From Octopus sinensis (taxonomy: Eukaryota), in the NCBI RefSeq assembly GCF_006345805.1, contig NC_043001.1, positions 40,920,001 to 40,984,000 on the forward strand: a stretch of 64,000 nucleotides of DNA. Direction: 5' to 3'. Below the pieces are notes generated by a model that did not search any database, had not been told where the DNA came from, and saw only the letters and a list, made by a program, of their open reading frames with translations. Below are positions 39,339-52,040 of this stretch, piece by piece; position 1 is the first letter of the stretch, and each line of letters opens with the position of its first letter. Made by a program: the position numbers and the translations under genes.

Positions 39339-39412
39339 ATAGGAAAAGGAAAAATCCAGAGAAGGGAAGGCGGAGGGGAAAAAATCGCCAACAGTACACA
39401 CGCGATATATAT

Positions 39413-39723
39413 GGAGGCGCAATGGCCCAGTGGTTAGGGCAGCGGACTTGCGGTTGTAGGATCACGGTTTCGATTCCCAGACCAGGCATTGTGAGTGTTT
39501 ATTGAGCGAAAACACCTAAAGCCCCACGAGGCTCCGGCAGGAGGTGGTGGTGGTCCCTGTTGTACTCTTTCGCCGCAACTTTCTCTCACTCTTTCTTCTG
39601 TTGGCCTGCTCGCTTAGCCAGCGAAGTGGCATCATTTGAAGGCTAAAACAATGTGAAGCGCATTGTGACCAGCAATGTGTAGCAACATCTGATAGCCTGG
39701 TCGGTCACGGTGATCATGGTGAT
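39413..39723 (+). mobile_element. tRNA-derived SINE, same head as 5460/61023 but a different tail
   Basis: ggaggcgcaatggcccagtggttagggcagcggact..gtttcgattccc head; ends ggtcacggtgatcatggtgat. Confidence 0.85.
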
Positions 39724-42689
39724 ATATATATATAGGTGATGTATAATCTTTATTTCTAAATCAAGATGATTTTATTTCTCTAATTTTCCATAATGACAAC
39801 CAATAGTTGTTAAAAAGATTTATTTGTTGATTTAATTAGCCACTAATAGAAATCCATTGTGAAGCAAATCTGGTTATTCTTTAAATGAGATATTAGTAGG
39901 CATATTGACATAATTGCAGATAAATTATTCGTTATTACTAGATCACTAGATACATTGTCTGGAACAAATCTATAAAATAACTATTGGAAGTAACTGCCAG
40001 ATATGATCACTTGAATTATTCAATTAAAGAAAACTTTATCCTAGACATAATAAAGGTATTGCTTACAATTCTTCTGTATCATTGTAGAACACAAAAAGGT
40101 TTGAAAACTAGCAGCTGCTGTAAATGACTTTATGACTTTGCAATATATAGAATCTAGAACAAACAAAATTATAAGATACTTTTCGGGGTGTTTGGCCAGA
40201 GCCAAGTATTTGTGTTTGAGTATGGAAGTGTATACAATTCATAGACAGCAAGCATGGTCAACAAGTAGTACATGGTGTACTCTGTACTACATGTTTTTTA
40301 AAAATATTCTTTTTGTGGTGGACTCTGATTTATGAATAGTAAAGGTCTATTGTTAGAAAGAGTTTTCCAATGTCTGGCTTATCGATTTCGATATTCAATG
40401 ACCTTTGGAAGATCAACCTGATCTGCAATATTTTGGCAATTAAACCTGTTATAATGTTACTTTCTTTCAGCATATTTATATCTTTCAAAGTTGCAATGTA
40501 AACATTTTTTTTATGTAACAATATCTTTCAAAGTTCTTGAGTAAAATTGTAAGATTTATTGTCAGAGCGCAATTATTGTTGATTCCATATTAACTTTCTT
40601 TAAAGGAAAGTTGTTTTATTCTGTTTTTTTAATCATATCAATAGTAGACTGGAAGCAATACCATTTTGTTTTATTCATTAGATATTATGTTATTTTTTGC
40701 CAAAATTATTCTCTTTTAAATTAAATGTTTTCATGTATGCATATATCATGATTAAAAATCAAGTTTTCTACAAACATAGTCATAGGATTTGATTGAAATA
40801 TCAACAAAATCTTTTGTTTTATTCACGCTGTCATTAAATTCACTGATCAAAGTTGTGGAGTAGTTAATAAGTGCATTGAAAACTGAAATGTTGTTTGATG
40901 GTTTATAATATTAAAACATTGAATGCTTTCATATGATTTTAAATGGTAAAATCTGTCTAATTTTACTTTGTTTAATAAGAAATTATCACTACCAAAGCTA
41001 TTTGAATTTAATAACATAAGACATGTACAAATAATCACACTTTAATTTCTCAAAATATATATCTTGTGCACAAGATTCAACTTGTCTTAGTATTAATATT
41101 GCAGATTTCTTATATCACATGTATTAATTATGTCCATCATTGCAGACATTAGTGGCAGTAATGATAATGCATGAGATGTTAGTTGAGTTGGAATTTTTAT
41201 AAGTTTGTGAGCCTTTTTAAATAAGAGTCAACAATTCATGTCATGCTCTTATTACTGTACTGTTTCTGACAAAATGCTAAACTCTCAATGGCTCACATTA
41301 CATGTCTTTAATCCCATTTGAACCAGAAGATCCAGAGATAGCACACAGATTTGTTTTCTCTACCACTCTCCCATAAAGCATGTTAAAGCTACATCCTTCA
41401 CTCAAGAGGATGCCATACAACTGTAGGGAACCATTTTCATAAGAGGACTTGAACTCAGGGTTTCAATGTAATGAACAACAATGGTGAAATATGTGAGAGC
41501 CCCAATGCAGTCATTTAGCTTACAAGAAATAACAGCCAAATCTCCCGCTAATCAACCCATCTACCTTAAAACTGAATGCATTTCTTAATGTGAACTTCTA
41601 TGCACTAAGTTCACAATAAAGATAAACTAGCCATGGCCAGGAGATCTTTGATCATAGATCTGCTTGGTAAGAGCTGGCTTGTGGCTAAATAACAATAACA
41701 ACTAAATAGACTCAATAGTTAAAAGTTAAATGATCTTACCATTGACATAATACTGTGCTAGTGATAACACATGAGTAAGAACACTAGTCAATCACGAAGA
41801 GATTGACTAGTGCACTAATAATTTAGCCCATTATGTAGGTAAATACTCATTATAGAGAAGTATACTTTATTGCCATGTGTTGTCTAGTCCCACAACAATC
41901 CTAACTGAACAAACCTGTGATTATAGACATTTCAGCTGTAAACATTCCATCTTTTTGCAGACATACACAGCCCAATGTCTTTTAATTTTTATTTCTTTTT
42001 GAAGGCAACATGAAGGATGTGATTTGAAGGGAGATTTGACAAGTATTTCTAGCAGGCCAAGTAACTGTATAGAGACTCCCTCTCTGTTTTGCATTGCTGT
42101 ATGTATAGGTAATAGTTATACTGTGTAATTTTGGTAATTTGAAAGACTAATGAGGAAAACCTCTCCTTAATAAACACTGTTTAAAAAAAACCCACTTTAA
42201 TAACAATAACACTAACACATTCACATTTCAAAATACATGAAATTTACATAATTCAAGTGCAATAATTCTTAAACTGCCAAATATCAGACCATACTGGAAA
42301 AAAAATTAAGGGAAACTTTTAGCTCTAATTCCTCTTTATTATTGAGAAAACCAAAGACACTTTCCAGCCATTTTATTCCTCTTTCTTCATCATGTTGCTA
42401 GACAAAATTATTTCATTTTATTAATTCTTAAAATCCTCCTGAAAATTTTCTAAATCAAAATTCTCATCCTACAATGATTCTGTTACAGAACAGAAATAAA
42501 TATTAGTAGAAAAGGGGATTGGAGTTTTCTCTGTTACATTAGCATGTTCTTCACATTCTTCAAAAGAAATGTGAACAAAGTCAGTACAATTCTAGTGATA
42601 TTATGTGTTTCAAGATTGGTTGACAAATAGAGCTGCGTGTTGGACTATACCTTACAGATAGTCAAGAGTTAAACCTGGCAACTTGTCTG

Positions 42690-42930
42690 CCAACTTTTTA
42701 GTCCTCACTGACAAGTGTCCAGTGTAACAGCTACAGTCCTGAAGTTTACAATTTTCAGTTTTACAGTCAAATTTATAGATCACATTGGCCACCCACAGGT
42801 TGTTTTCAAGTTTACATGCTTGTGGAATATTCATGATGAGGAAGTTTTTGGTTTTGATGTTTTCATAGTATATCATATTGTGTAACAAGTTTTAATTTTT
42901 TTTTTTGTCTTTGGTCAGTGTTATTTCCAA
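42690..42930 (-). mobile_element. Penelope-like GIY-YIG endonuclease remnant
   Basis: IYYENIKTKNFLIMN..NVIYKFDCKTENC....YTGH fits the PLE pattern NVVY.F.C..C...YIG. Confidence 0.65.
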
Positions 42931-43987
42931 TTAGCTTCTATTTAGAAATCAAAAGAAATTACTACCATTCCCTTCAAACTTTGCTTTTGTGAGCTGGACA
43001 CCAATGTTTTAAAACTGACCTATTTTCCATTACATTTCAGACAGATTCAGCACTGAATTGCTGAAGCAGAAATATTGTTATAGCAAATATTCTGCTCAAT
43101 ACCACATATTTGCTTGTCAGTTGTTTGACCTTAACCACTTGAGCATGTCCCTTAGTGGCTGACAATATGTGCATCTCTGATCGTGAGCAGGAGTAGTGGA
43201 GGAGGCCTCATAGCTATGTGTTGAAAGGCATTCTTTGGGGTTTGAATAAATGTAACAAAAGAAAAATTTGAAAGAAATATTAACCATTATTCACACTTTC
43301 TAGGGATAGCAAATTGGAAATAGCAGTTGCCACCCAAGGACAAAAATCATGTTACACAGTGTTATTAGTTTATGTCTATGGTCTAGTGTGATGCATTTTG
43401 TGTTCTGTTTTATGAGGGTTTTATTTATTATATGTTCATCTGTTCAATAGTTTTTGTGCATTTGGTCCATGTTATAGATTTTATGTGTGCTTTGTGTTAT
43501 TGCACACAAAAACAGAAGATTAGTTATGGAAACTATATTCATATCACAATACAATGCCAAAATTAACACACAAACACACACATCAAAAAATTTATAAATG
43601 GCCACTGACATAAAAAAAAATAATAAAACATAACATCAAAGTTTGACCATGACAAACAAATCAACATGTGACTGCTGATGCATGAAGTCAACAATCAAAA
43701 CACCTTTGGCAGGAAAGTCTACTCTAATTCAACCAATATATAGCAAACACAGATACCAAATATATTCGTTTCTTGAAAATGATACTGAAGGTCTGGAAAC
43801 ATTGAATACAAATAAAAAGGATAAAACTTGAACACAATCATGTGTTTAATGAAACACACACAAAACATATATAATATATATATATATATATACACACACA
43901 CATATATACACAATCACTCACACACACATGCATGTACGCACGCACGCACACACACACATGCACAAACACACACACATATATATAAGC

Positions 43988-44135
43988 ATGCCTGTGAGGT
44001 AAGAAGCCAGCTTCCCAACCACATGGTTCTGGGTTCAGTCTCACTGCATGGCACCTATGGCAAATGTTTTCTACTATAGCCTCAGGCTGACCAAAGCTTG
44101 GTTTGTAGATAGAAACTAAAAGAAGCCCATCATAT
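43988..44135 (+). mobile_element. OK-like SINE 5' part
   Basis: cttcccaaccacatggttctgggttcagtctcactgcatggcacc. Confidence 0.75.
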
Positions 44136-44154
44136 ATATATATATATACACACA

Positions 44155-44200
<46 letters not shown>

Positions 44201-44204
<4 letters not shown>

Positions 44205-46666
44205 TGGATCTCTGCTTCACAAATAATATGGATCTCATCCATAATGTGAAAGTGACGCCGACACTACTCTCGGATCACAACATGGTAGAGCTGACTATGT
44301 ACGGGCCAAAGGAAAGCATGGACATGCAGCCTACAAGAAACTCTCAGAATCTTTCCCGCTTGAACTTCCATAAGACAAACTGGAAACAAATTGAGAAAGA
44401 GATCCTCAAACAAAACTGGCCTGAATGTCTATCCTCGCCAGACATCGACATGAAACTTCAACAATTCATGTCTGTAATGCAAGCCATATGCTACAAGTAT
44501 GTCCCAGAGAGAAAGGCCACTGCACACAAGAGCAAAATCCCCAGAGAGAGGAAAATTCTAATGAGACAGCATACAAAAGTTTCAAATCGCCTAAACAAAC
44601 AAATTGAAAGCAGTGAAAAGTTCCGCCTGAAAATAAAACTGTTGGAAATTGAAAAATGTCTGCAACTCTCCCATGAAAAAGAAAGAGCAGACAAAGAAGC
44701 CTGGGCTATAGACAACATAAAATCTAACCCCAGAACTTTCTACAGGTATGCCAAAGAAACAGCTACGGTGCACTGTAGGATAGGGCCACTCCTTGAAAAG
44801 GATGGCACACTCACAGGAAATCCAATGAGGGTAAGTGAAATACTAAATGAGCAATTCAAGATTATTTTCACTCCACCCCTAGGGCATTTTCAAGTCAGCA
44901 ATCCAACTGACTTCTTTACCACTGCAGATATAAAATCAGAGGCATCGATGATTGATTACATCAATATAAAGGAAGACGATGTAATAAAGGCTATTGATGA
45001 AATGAAAACAAACTCAGCTACTGGCCCCGATGGATTCTCAGCAATCCTTCTAAAAGTATGTAAGAGAGTCCTAGCAAGACCACTGCAGTTCCTCTTTCAG
45101 AGCTTCCTTGCAACTGGCAAACTTCCAAGAAAACTGAAGGAAGGTAAAATATGCCCTATTCATAAAGGAGGTAGCAGAGCGGAGGCCAAGAACTACAGAC
45201 CTATCTCTCTGACCTCACACATCAGCAAGGTCATGGAACGAATAGTCAGAAGGAAACTAATCACCTTCCTTGAAGAAAATGACTTGCTGCCTGACACCCA
45301 ACATGGTTTCCGACCAGGAAGAAGCTGCTTAACTCAGCTCCTACCACACTATGACTGGGTGCTGAAACGACTGCTCAACCACTCAAATGTGGAAGTCATA
45401 TATCTCAACTTTGCAAAGGCCTTTGATAAAGTCGATCATGGAATGATATGTCACAAATTGCGTGATCTTGGCATAGTTGGAAAATTGGGAGAATGGCTTC
45501 ATGACTTTCTGAAGGATAGAAGTCAGGTGGTAGTAGCCAATGGGGCCACTTCCATTAACACGCAAATAGTGAGCGGTGTTCCGCAAGGCACTGTTTTGGG
45601 ACCACTACTGTTCATAATGGCCCTCTCAGACATGCCCTCAGCCACGCAGAGAGCCACGATCACAAGTTATGCAGATGATACAAAAGTTTCACAGGCAATA
45701 CAGAACCCTGAAGACACTAAGCACATGCAATGTGAGCTGGACAAAATATACAAGTGGGCTGAAAAGAATAGCATGCAGTTCAATGCTGAAAAGTTTCAAG
45801 CTTTATACTATCAGCATGCAAAACTAAATGCAATACCCAATAAATACACTGGACCTGGAAGGATTGCAATCCCAGAGGCACAATCAGTGCGAGACCTGGG
45901 TATTTACATGAGTGATGATGCAACCTTTCATGTGCATGTTGCTAAATTGGCAATGAAATGTAGGCGGCTGACCGGATGGATTCTTAGAACCTTTAGAACA
46001 AGAGACCAGGAAACCATGATGGTCCTCTGGAGGACATTTGTCCTAAGCCACTTTGACTATTGCTCTCAGCTATGGTCACCATCCAGTGTCAAGTTAATCA
46101 CAGAACTTGAGGCGATCCAACAAAGCTACACGAAGAAGATAACCTCTGTGCAGCATATAAGCTATTGGGAAAGACTCAAGAGATTGAGACTCTATTCCTT
46201 AAAGCATAGGCAAGAAAGATATGCCATAATATACATCTGGAAGATCCTAGAAGGACTTGTCCCAAACTTTGGCATCGAGAGTTACACAAATGCCAGAACT
46301 GGGCGCCACTGCATAGTGCCAAGGACTCCAAATTTGCCATCAAGATGTAGGACAAGATACTGTGATAGCCTGGGCTTCTGAGGTCCACAGCTCTTCAATA
46401 TCCTCCCGAAGAACCTAAGAGACCTGCATGGGGTGGATGCAGATGTCTTTAAAATGAAACTGGATTTCTTCTTGTCAGGTGTTCCAGATGAACCAACTTC
46501 ACGGCAGGAGGTGCAGATGAGGGCAGCTGCATCGAACTCTCTCATGCACCAGATGGCAATTGCTAAAAAGCATTTGTGAAGTAAAATCATGTAGCAACAC
46601 CAAATGGCGGTGCCCCAGCATGGCCACAGCTTGTGAGCTGAAACTAAATAAATAAATAAAAATAAA
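44201..46666 (+). mobile_element. 5'-truncated CR1-like LINE (end of APE domain + RT), ORF 44228-46381
   Basis: LDLCFTNN and SDH endonuclease end; ATGPDG, NYRPISLTS, QHGFRPGRSC, SGVPQGTVLGPLLF, YADD, RDLG. Premature TGA at 46379, with the reading frame continuing to 46579. (TAAA)n tail. Confidence 0.95.
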
Positions 46667-47024
46667 TATATATATGTATATATATTTATATATTATTAGA
46701 TAGTAGATAATAAAACAAATGGTTTATACCTGTTACTTTACTGGTAAAGCACAGTCACTTTCACAGTGTTCGTTATGTATCCGGTTAATGAGAGACAGAA
46801 GATGGAAGATATGAGAGTTTTTATTAATCACTACAATTGTTTCAACACATCTAGCATCGATCCTTCACAGATGGGATACTTAACAAATGGTTCAGGAGGA
46901 ACTGGTGGTGCAGATATAACTCTTTAAAATAACAGTTCCACAATGTATCCTCTCAGTTCTTGAGAAGAAAAGCAGCAAATTGAAGGATATAGCTTCATTT
47001 ATATAGAAGATCAATAATTTTTTT

Positions 47025-47250
47025 TTCTTTACTACTCACAAGGGGCTAAACACAGAGGGGACAAACAAGGGCAGACAAAGGGATTAAGTCGATTACATCG
47101 ACCCCAGTGTGTAACTGGTACTTAATTTATCGACCCCAAAAGGATGAAAGGCAAAGTCGACCTTGGCGGAATTTGAACTCGGAACGTAACGACAGACGAA
47201 ATACAGCTACGCATTTTGCCCGGCATGCTAACATTACTGCCAGCTCGCCA
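47025..47250 (-). mobile_element. Nin/Deu-like SINE
   Basis: Homologous to 14727 and 17205. Confidence 0.88.
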
Positions 47251-47657
47251 CCAACAGATGCAAAAAAAGAAACCAACGCAACACAGCTAAAAATGTATTA
47301 AATATAATCATTAATGAATATGGATGTATAAACACCTTCACGTAGCTTGTATGATACATGTACACTCGCTCATACAAACAGCCACAAAGATGTAAGCATG
47401 TGATTTGGTACACATACATTCTCATAGTGAGTTAAATAGCTACTTGGTGTTTATAAGAATGGGGAGCCAAATTTAATTCATCCCTACCTTATGGTGGATT
47501 ACGTTAATAGTTATTCAAAGGCATTCTCACTGCATTGTGCGAAAGTGCATTTATATGCATGTAAGCATCTTGAGAGTCTTTAAGAAATTCTATTAATGAT
47601 CTTTTCATTGGTCCACAGAATAGACAAGGATTCCTCAGAGCAGAGTTGTATCTGTTT

Positions 47658-47763
47658 ATCACCCAAAGAGACACATCTGCATTCTCGGATGCTTCTGAAC
47701 TAATTGTTAAGTATCCCACCCATGAGAAATCGATACTAGATGTGTTGAAACAATTGTAGTGAT
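47658..47763 (+). ncRNA. Hammerhead-fold motif with mutated core
   Basis: AUCAC-CCAAAGA-GACACAUCU...AGAUGUGUU-GAAA-CAAUUGU-A-GUGAU. All three stems pair, but the core differs from CUGANGA at two positions. Confidence 0.5.
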
Positions 47764-48070
47764 TAATGGAAAACTCTCATAATGTCCATCTTCCATTCTC
47801 ATTAACCATGTATGTGTGTGTGTGTGTGTGTGCACGTGTGCATGTGTGTGCATGCATGCGTGTGTGTGTATATATATATATATATAAAAGGAAAGTTTAC
47901 GAAAATAAACAAAGATGAAGGCAGGTGGTGTATTAGTATAGCGCTCAGGAATAGAAAAAGTCTTTTATATTTCAAGCCTACACTCTTCTACAGAAAGGTA
48001 CACAGAAAAAACAAAGAGAGAAACAAGGAGAGAAAAAAAATGTGTGTAGTAGCTAACGATCTATCATGGC

Positions 48071-48105
<35 letters not shown>

Positions 48106-48185
48106 TGTATGTATGTATGTATGTATGTATGTATATATGTATATATATATATATATATGTGTATGTATATATATATATATGTATG

Positions 48186-48246
<61 letters not shown>

Positions 48247-48419
48247 ATATATATATAATTAATAATATCAGGGTAATAAAGATTTTAGAAATTTTTACTA
48301 CAAGTGGCCTAGTGTATAGAAAAATTAGTCAATAGACTATATATTATTCATATAAAATACAGTGTACATTAAAACACATTAAGAGGCTTCCATCATAGGA
48401 ATCCTTTATGCTAGAAAGA

Positions 48420-48746
48420 ACAGTTAAAGTCCAAACCACTAATTAGGGATAAATTCTCAAAGGGAATGAAAAATAAAAACATTTACCATCTAATTCCTGA
48501 ACCATGGTTTCTGACCTATTTTAGTAAATAAAAATTATTATTCACCAGGCGAAGTCTTCATCAGCAGGGACGCCATAGATTAAATATATAAACAATGAGG
48601 CCAATCCAGCATGTGTCTCGTTGCTTATACATTTTAATTTTTTTCAAATTCACTGCGCAAGTGCATTAGTAATTAGATGGTAAATGTTTTTATTTTTCAT
48701 TCCCTTCGAGAATTTATCCCTAATTAGTGGTTTGGACTTTAACTGT
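48420..48746. repeat. 76-bp inverted repeat (one mismatch) enclosing a hammerhead motif
   Basis: Arms 48420-48495 and 48671-48746. Confidence 0.9.
48496..48568 (-). ncRNA. Type I hammerhead-like motif
   Basis: Reverse complement: CCUG-CUGAUGA-a-GACUU..AGGUC-a-GAAA-CCAUGGU-U-CAGG. Palindromic ACCAUGGU helix III. Confidence 0.6.
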
Positions 48747-48849
48747 AAAAATCTTTAGCCAACATCTTACAGGTTTTTAGAAATTGAAAATTAAACTAAA
48801 AAGAAACATAAAGTAATTTCCCTTGTAGATCACATGCCAAAGTAGCACC

Positions 48850-49574
48850 AAAATAACTTATTTACCTAAGTTTTAACATCATCTCTTTCAAAATAGTCAT
48901 CTTGTGCAGTGATACAATGGTCTCAGCATTCTTGCTATATTTGGAATCTGGCCTGGAAGTCATTTTCTGCAAGTGAGTCAAGATAAAGGTGCCACTTTGG
49001 CATGTGATCTACAATTTGCTTTGGATCTTGCCAACAGTGTTAAAAGAGTGACCTTTGGGATGCATTTTCACCTTGGGGAAGAGATGGAATCCTGCAGATG
49101 CTAAATGTGGTGAATAGGGAGGGTGCAGTAGTGATGTCATGTTTTTAGTGAAAAATTCATGAGAGGAGAGCTTGGTGATGCTCGTGGCAGGTCTTCCAGA
49201 TCACTTGTCATCTTCCAGGGACATTCTTCTACTTTTGACATGCTTGTGCCATTTAAACATCGCATACAACCCATTACCTTATCACTACAAGCTTGCTGAA
49301 GCATGCTCAATGTCTCTGTAGTAAACTTCCCAAGTTTATTGCAAAATTTCACGTTGGCTCTTTGCTCCAACTTCCTGTCCATGACAAAATCACAGACTAC
49401 AGTATACATATGATCATAAAAACACAAATTTCCCAACTTGCAAAATAAACAGTGATGTCTCTCAGTACACTGCCTCATGAAGACCACTGCTAGCTGTCAC
49501 TGTGCACACAACCACATGCTGCCATCTATTGGTGCAGTACAGAGCTAAACTGGGAACTTTTTAATACCACCTCA
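48850..49574 (-). mobile_element. Internally deleted mariner remnant
   Basis: LEQRANVKFCNKLGKFTTETLSML N-terminus; C-terminus CITAQDDYFERD; terminus aaaaagttcc/ccacctcata. Confidence 0.85.
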
Positions 49575-49998
49575 TAGATCTACTCTCTTATATGATAAAA
49601 ATCTCAATTCTGAATTCTACACAGTCAGATATTCTGGTCACACATACTAAGTAATGGTATTTTCATTGTTTTTACATAATTTCTTTATTTTTTGAAACTA
49701 TTTCACAATCCCCCAAAGAGTTATATTTTTATTAAAATAGTGCCATGTTTTTATTACATAAGGATATACTCAAAGCAATTTTACTGAAAATATCTGTTTG
49801 AAATACTAGTTCCTCCAAAATACCTCAATACCAAAGGGAATTCCCTTATGTATGCAAATCCAATAATGTTGAATTTTTCTATTTTCTAGAAAAAACATGT
49901 GATTTTTTTTATATGCAACTGATTTATAATAATATATAATATTGTATAGTGTTTGTGTGTGTGTGTGTAAATAGATAGATAAATAGATATGCATATGC

Positions 49999-50046
<48 letters not shown>

Positions 50047-50073
50047 GCATATATATATGTATATATATGTATG

Positions 50074-50112
<39 letters not shown>

Positions 50113-50245
50113 GCACATATATATATATATATAATTTAAAAATAGGATAAAATCTTTATAAGAATTTATCAAGCAGTTAGTGTGAAAAACCTCATAAGAG
50201 AAAAAAATCCACCAATTTTTTCACTTAAATATATATATATATATA

Positions 50246-50374
50246 TATTATATAGATGGCATTACTATACATAAATGCCACACACTAGGAGGGACTCTTA
50301 AAGTCAAAACTACCGACTTTAAGAGTCCCTCCTAGCGGGTGGCATTTATGTATAGTAATGCCCTCTATATAATA
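50246..50374. repeat. Near-perfect 60-bp-arm palindrome with 9-nt loop
   Basis: Arms 50246-50305 and 50315-50374 with three mismatches. Confidence 0.92.
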
Positions 50375-50412
50375 TACATATATATATATATATACAAGTA
50401 TGAAAGTATATA

Positions 50413-51120
50413 TAGCGAGTGTAATAGCAAGAATTAGAATAAGATGGAGAAAATTCAGAGAGCTTTTACCTTTGTTAGCAACCAAAGGTTTCTCTCTTCG
50501 TGCGAAAGGAAGATTGTATGATATACGAACAGCAATTCTACATGGTAGTGAGACATGAGCCCTGAATGCAGAGGACATGCAAAAGCAAGAGAGAAATGAG
50601 GCTAGTATGCTCTGCTGGATGTGTAACGTAAGTGTACATGTTCGACACAGTGCCAATGCATTGAAAGAGAAGTTGGGCGTAAGGGGAATTAGATGAGGTG
50701 TGCAAGAGGGAAGAATGTGCTGGTTTGGTCATGTGATGTGAATGGATACCAACAACTTCATAAAGAAGTGCAGATCTCTCAAAGTGGATGGATCATGTTG
50801 AAGAGGGAGACTCAGGAAGATGTGGGACGAATTACTGAAGGACGACCTCAGGGTGCTGAACCTTTTAGATGAGATGACAAAGGATCAAGATACCTGGTAC
50901 TTTGCTGTACTCATGAAGACATGTCCTTCACAGTAGAAGCATTAGGGCCACTCACTGGTGAAGAGCACTGGCCTGTAAGATTTGTGTGCTAGTACTGCAT
51001 AAAAAGCACTCATGCTAGTGCCACCTATAGGCACTCATGCAGTACTATGCTAAAAGTACCCAGCACACACTGTAAAGTCGTTGACATTAGGAAGAGCATC
51101 CAACTGTAGAAACCAAGTCA
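50413..51120 (+). mobile_element. RTE LINE 3' fragment (older subfamily)
   Basis: ARIRIRWRKFRELLPLL, RMCWFGHV, RGRLRKMWD, then tail ttaggaagagcatccaactgtagaaacc. Confidence 0.88.
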
Positions 51121-51139
51121 AATAGAAATAATAATAAGA

Positions 51140-52040
51140 ATAGCTCAACAAATATTACATGGTATAATGCTCCATTTTCATTTTCAATAGCTTCTAATAT
51201 CCCTCATAAATTCTTTGCAGCACTAGATTGGTATTTCCTACCTACAAGTAAATATGGAAAATCATTTAAAAGACACAGTGTTAAGTTTTTGTATTCAATC
51301 ACTTAGAAATTTAGCCAAGATTATTGCAGTACAAAATAAACAGAGAATTAGAAAATAGCACAATTCTAAATCTATAAATAATTATAGAACTGATAATATG
51401 TATAGTGAAATTAATGTTATTGATAATCATTCGGAACAAGGTTTAGATTCTATAATTTATCAAAATGCTGATAATATAGTGAGACTTTTACCTTGTACTA
51501 ATATTAATTCTAATAATAATAGTTATTATAATCCAACATTAACACCTATTTTACAGATGGGTGCTAGTGGATATTCTTATAACTATGAGGGCAATTTACA
51601 AGTGGACTTAATCCATGTGTAACTGTATAAACAAAACTTAATGTCCTTTAGGTAATCAGTATTTAAAGAAAAATATATTGTATCAGTCTGAAGTAATAAC
51701 TAGATATCTTAAGTATTGGTACATTGATTCTTCTGCTACTAATTGGAAATCTAGATTTTATAATCATTCTAATTGCTTTAAATATAGAAGAAAATGTAAT
51801 TCTACTAACCATAGTAAAAACATTTGGAATTTAAAGGATAAGAATATTAAATATGATTTAAAGTGGTCCTTTATTACTTATGCACCATCGTATAATATTG
51901 GAAATTCTACTTGTGATCTTTGCCTTGAAGAATTATATTTTATAATTACTTATAAATCAATTTTATTGAATTTTAATGGGCAATTAACTTTAAGACATTG
52001 CCATAAATTTAGAAAGACATTCAAATATTTCAATTATTAA
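51140..52040 (+). mobile_element. Penelope-like element C-terminus (linker + GIY-YIG endonuclease), decayed
   Basis: ITWYNAPFS..NIPHKFF..YFLP (like WFNPPFS..HFP); YQ..V..WYID..WKSRFYNH..F..ST..SK.IW.LKD..CDLCLEE. Confidence 0.88.

Larger units (their letters stand above)
46782..47807. repeat. Segment bounded by a long imperfect inverted repeat (>=115 bp)
   Basis: ttaatcactacaattgtttcaacacatctagcatcgat..gggatacttaacaa versus ttgttaagtatccc..atcgatactagatgtgttgaaacaattgtagtgattaa. Confidence 0.8.

Noticed and set aside
39413-39490. tRNA-like sequence with A and B boxes (also 4653, 5385, 7110, 8727, 61023)
   Set aside because: These continue into shared SINE bodies and lack a clean cloverleaf, so they are SINE heads rather than tRNA genes.
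44228-46381. 717-aa ORF as a host gene or active retroelement
   Set aside because: 5'-truncated LINE ORF2 with a substituted catalytic Asp and a premature stop.
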